DNA of 64,000 nt, from contig NC_058369.1 of assembly GCF_018350175.1 (NCBI RefSeq), positions 44,454,001 to 44,518,000 of the forward strand, in the 5' to 3' direction. The stretch comes from Felis catus. Lineage: Eukaryota. This document shows positions 63,461 to 64,000 of this stretch, piece after piece. Each line of letters starts with the position of its first letter. Positions within the stretch are counted from its first letter, which is position 1. The notes beneath the pieces were generated by a model. The model did no database searches. It saw nothing but the letters and a program-made list of their open reading frames with translations, and had not been told where the DNA came from. Both the position numbers and the translations under genes were made by a program.

Positions 63461-64000
63461 TACTTTTCCCCCTGGTATATATGCTCTCTTTTCACTCAGT
63501 CTAGTTTTCAGAGCACCTTACTGAATACCTGCTAATACAAAGTAAGGGCTTTTTATGCTGAAGAGATGTCCTGAGTATTGAAATAATTAAATTTTTCTGC
63601 TTAGCCTTGTTTCACTGCCTGTGAACCACTACCAGGTGATACTGGCCTGTGCTCTTTATCTGTTTTATGATGTAATGAATTCAGAAAAGATGTTGTTCTT
63701 TAATTTTGAAGGGAAATAGCACTATGGGTAGAATCTTGGGAAAGCAGAAAATAAAAGAAAAATGTCCCTTGAGGCTACAAATACAGTATAATGACTCATC
63801 TTTTTGGTAAACAATAATGTACATATATTAGGTATGATTTATGTGCTTAGAGAGATACAGGAAGATATTTTGCAAACCCCTAGTGGATTGTCAGGTTGTT
63901 TGGTCTTCTTAGAGTAATCCAGAATCCTTTCCCTTAAGGAAGAAAACATATCATTTTATTTTGGAAAGAAATAATTCCAGGGGATATAGCTCACCCCTTC

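Larger units (their letters stand above)
55683..64000 (+). other. CNTN4: CNTN4 intron following the signal-peptide exon (continues beyond the window)
   Basis: Starts at GT donor. I saw no sequence encoding the next CNTN4 residues (DSTLHGP...) in the remaining 8.3 kb, which is mostly old repeats. Confidence 0.85.

Noticed and set aside
1-64000. ORFs of 60-147 aa in the supplied track as novel proteins
   Set aside because: They are short, many start at non-ATG codons, span N gaps or translate SINE, L1 or microsatellite sequence. None resembles a cellular protein I recognise.
1-64000. A previously undescribed multi-component biological system
   Set aside because: Content is explained by CNTN4 intronic DNA plus transposon relics. 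Only the local hypotheses listed under findings remain.

Overview
This is mammalian DNA from a felid, judged by its many felid-type Can-SINEs and carnivore L1 3' ends. It is AT-rich and contains seven N gaps of 131-228 nt. The window lies inside the contactin-4 (CNTN4) gene on the + strand. The only coding sequence I can support is the first coding exon (55541-55682; ATG at 55628), which encodes the signal peptide MRLPWELLVLQSFMLCLA and is too short for the ORF track. The rest is intronic and full of SINEs, L1/L2/MIR fragments, solo LTRs, DNA-transposon relics and microsatellites. The listed ORFs look spurious or repeat-derived. I found no convincing new multi-gene system. The best leads are: (1) a candidate upstream first exon (donor at 4205) whose ORF is phase-compatible with CNTN4 and could give an alternative N-terminus or a uORF; (2) a consensus-matching RFX X-box inside the signal-peptide codons; (3) one target site reused by three successive SINE insertions; (4) an 853-bp Tigger-like element with both ends intact; (5) a templated-insertion repair scar. 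Repeat subfamily names come from memory of consensus sequences and need RepeatMasker/Dfam confirmation. Boundaries of old repeats are approximate.
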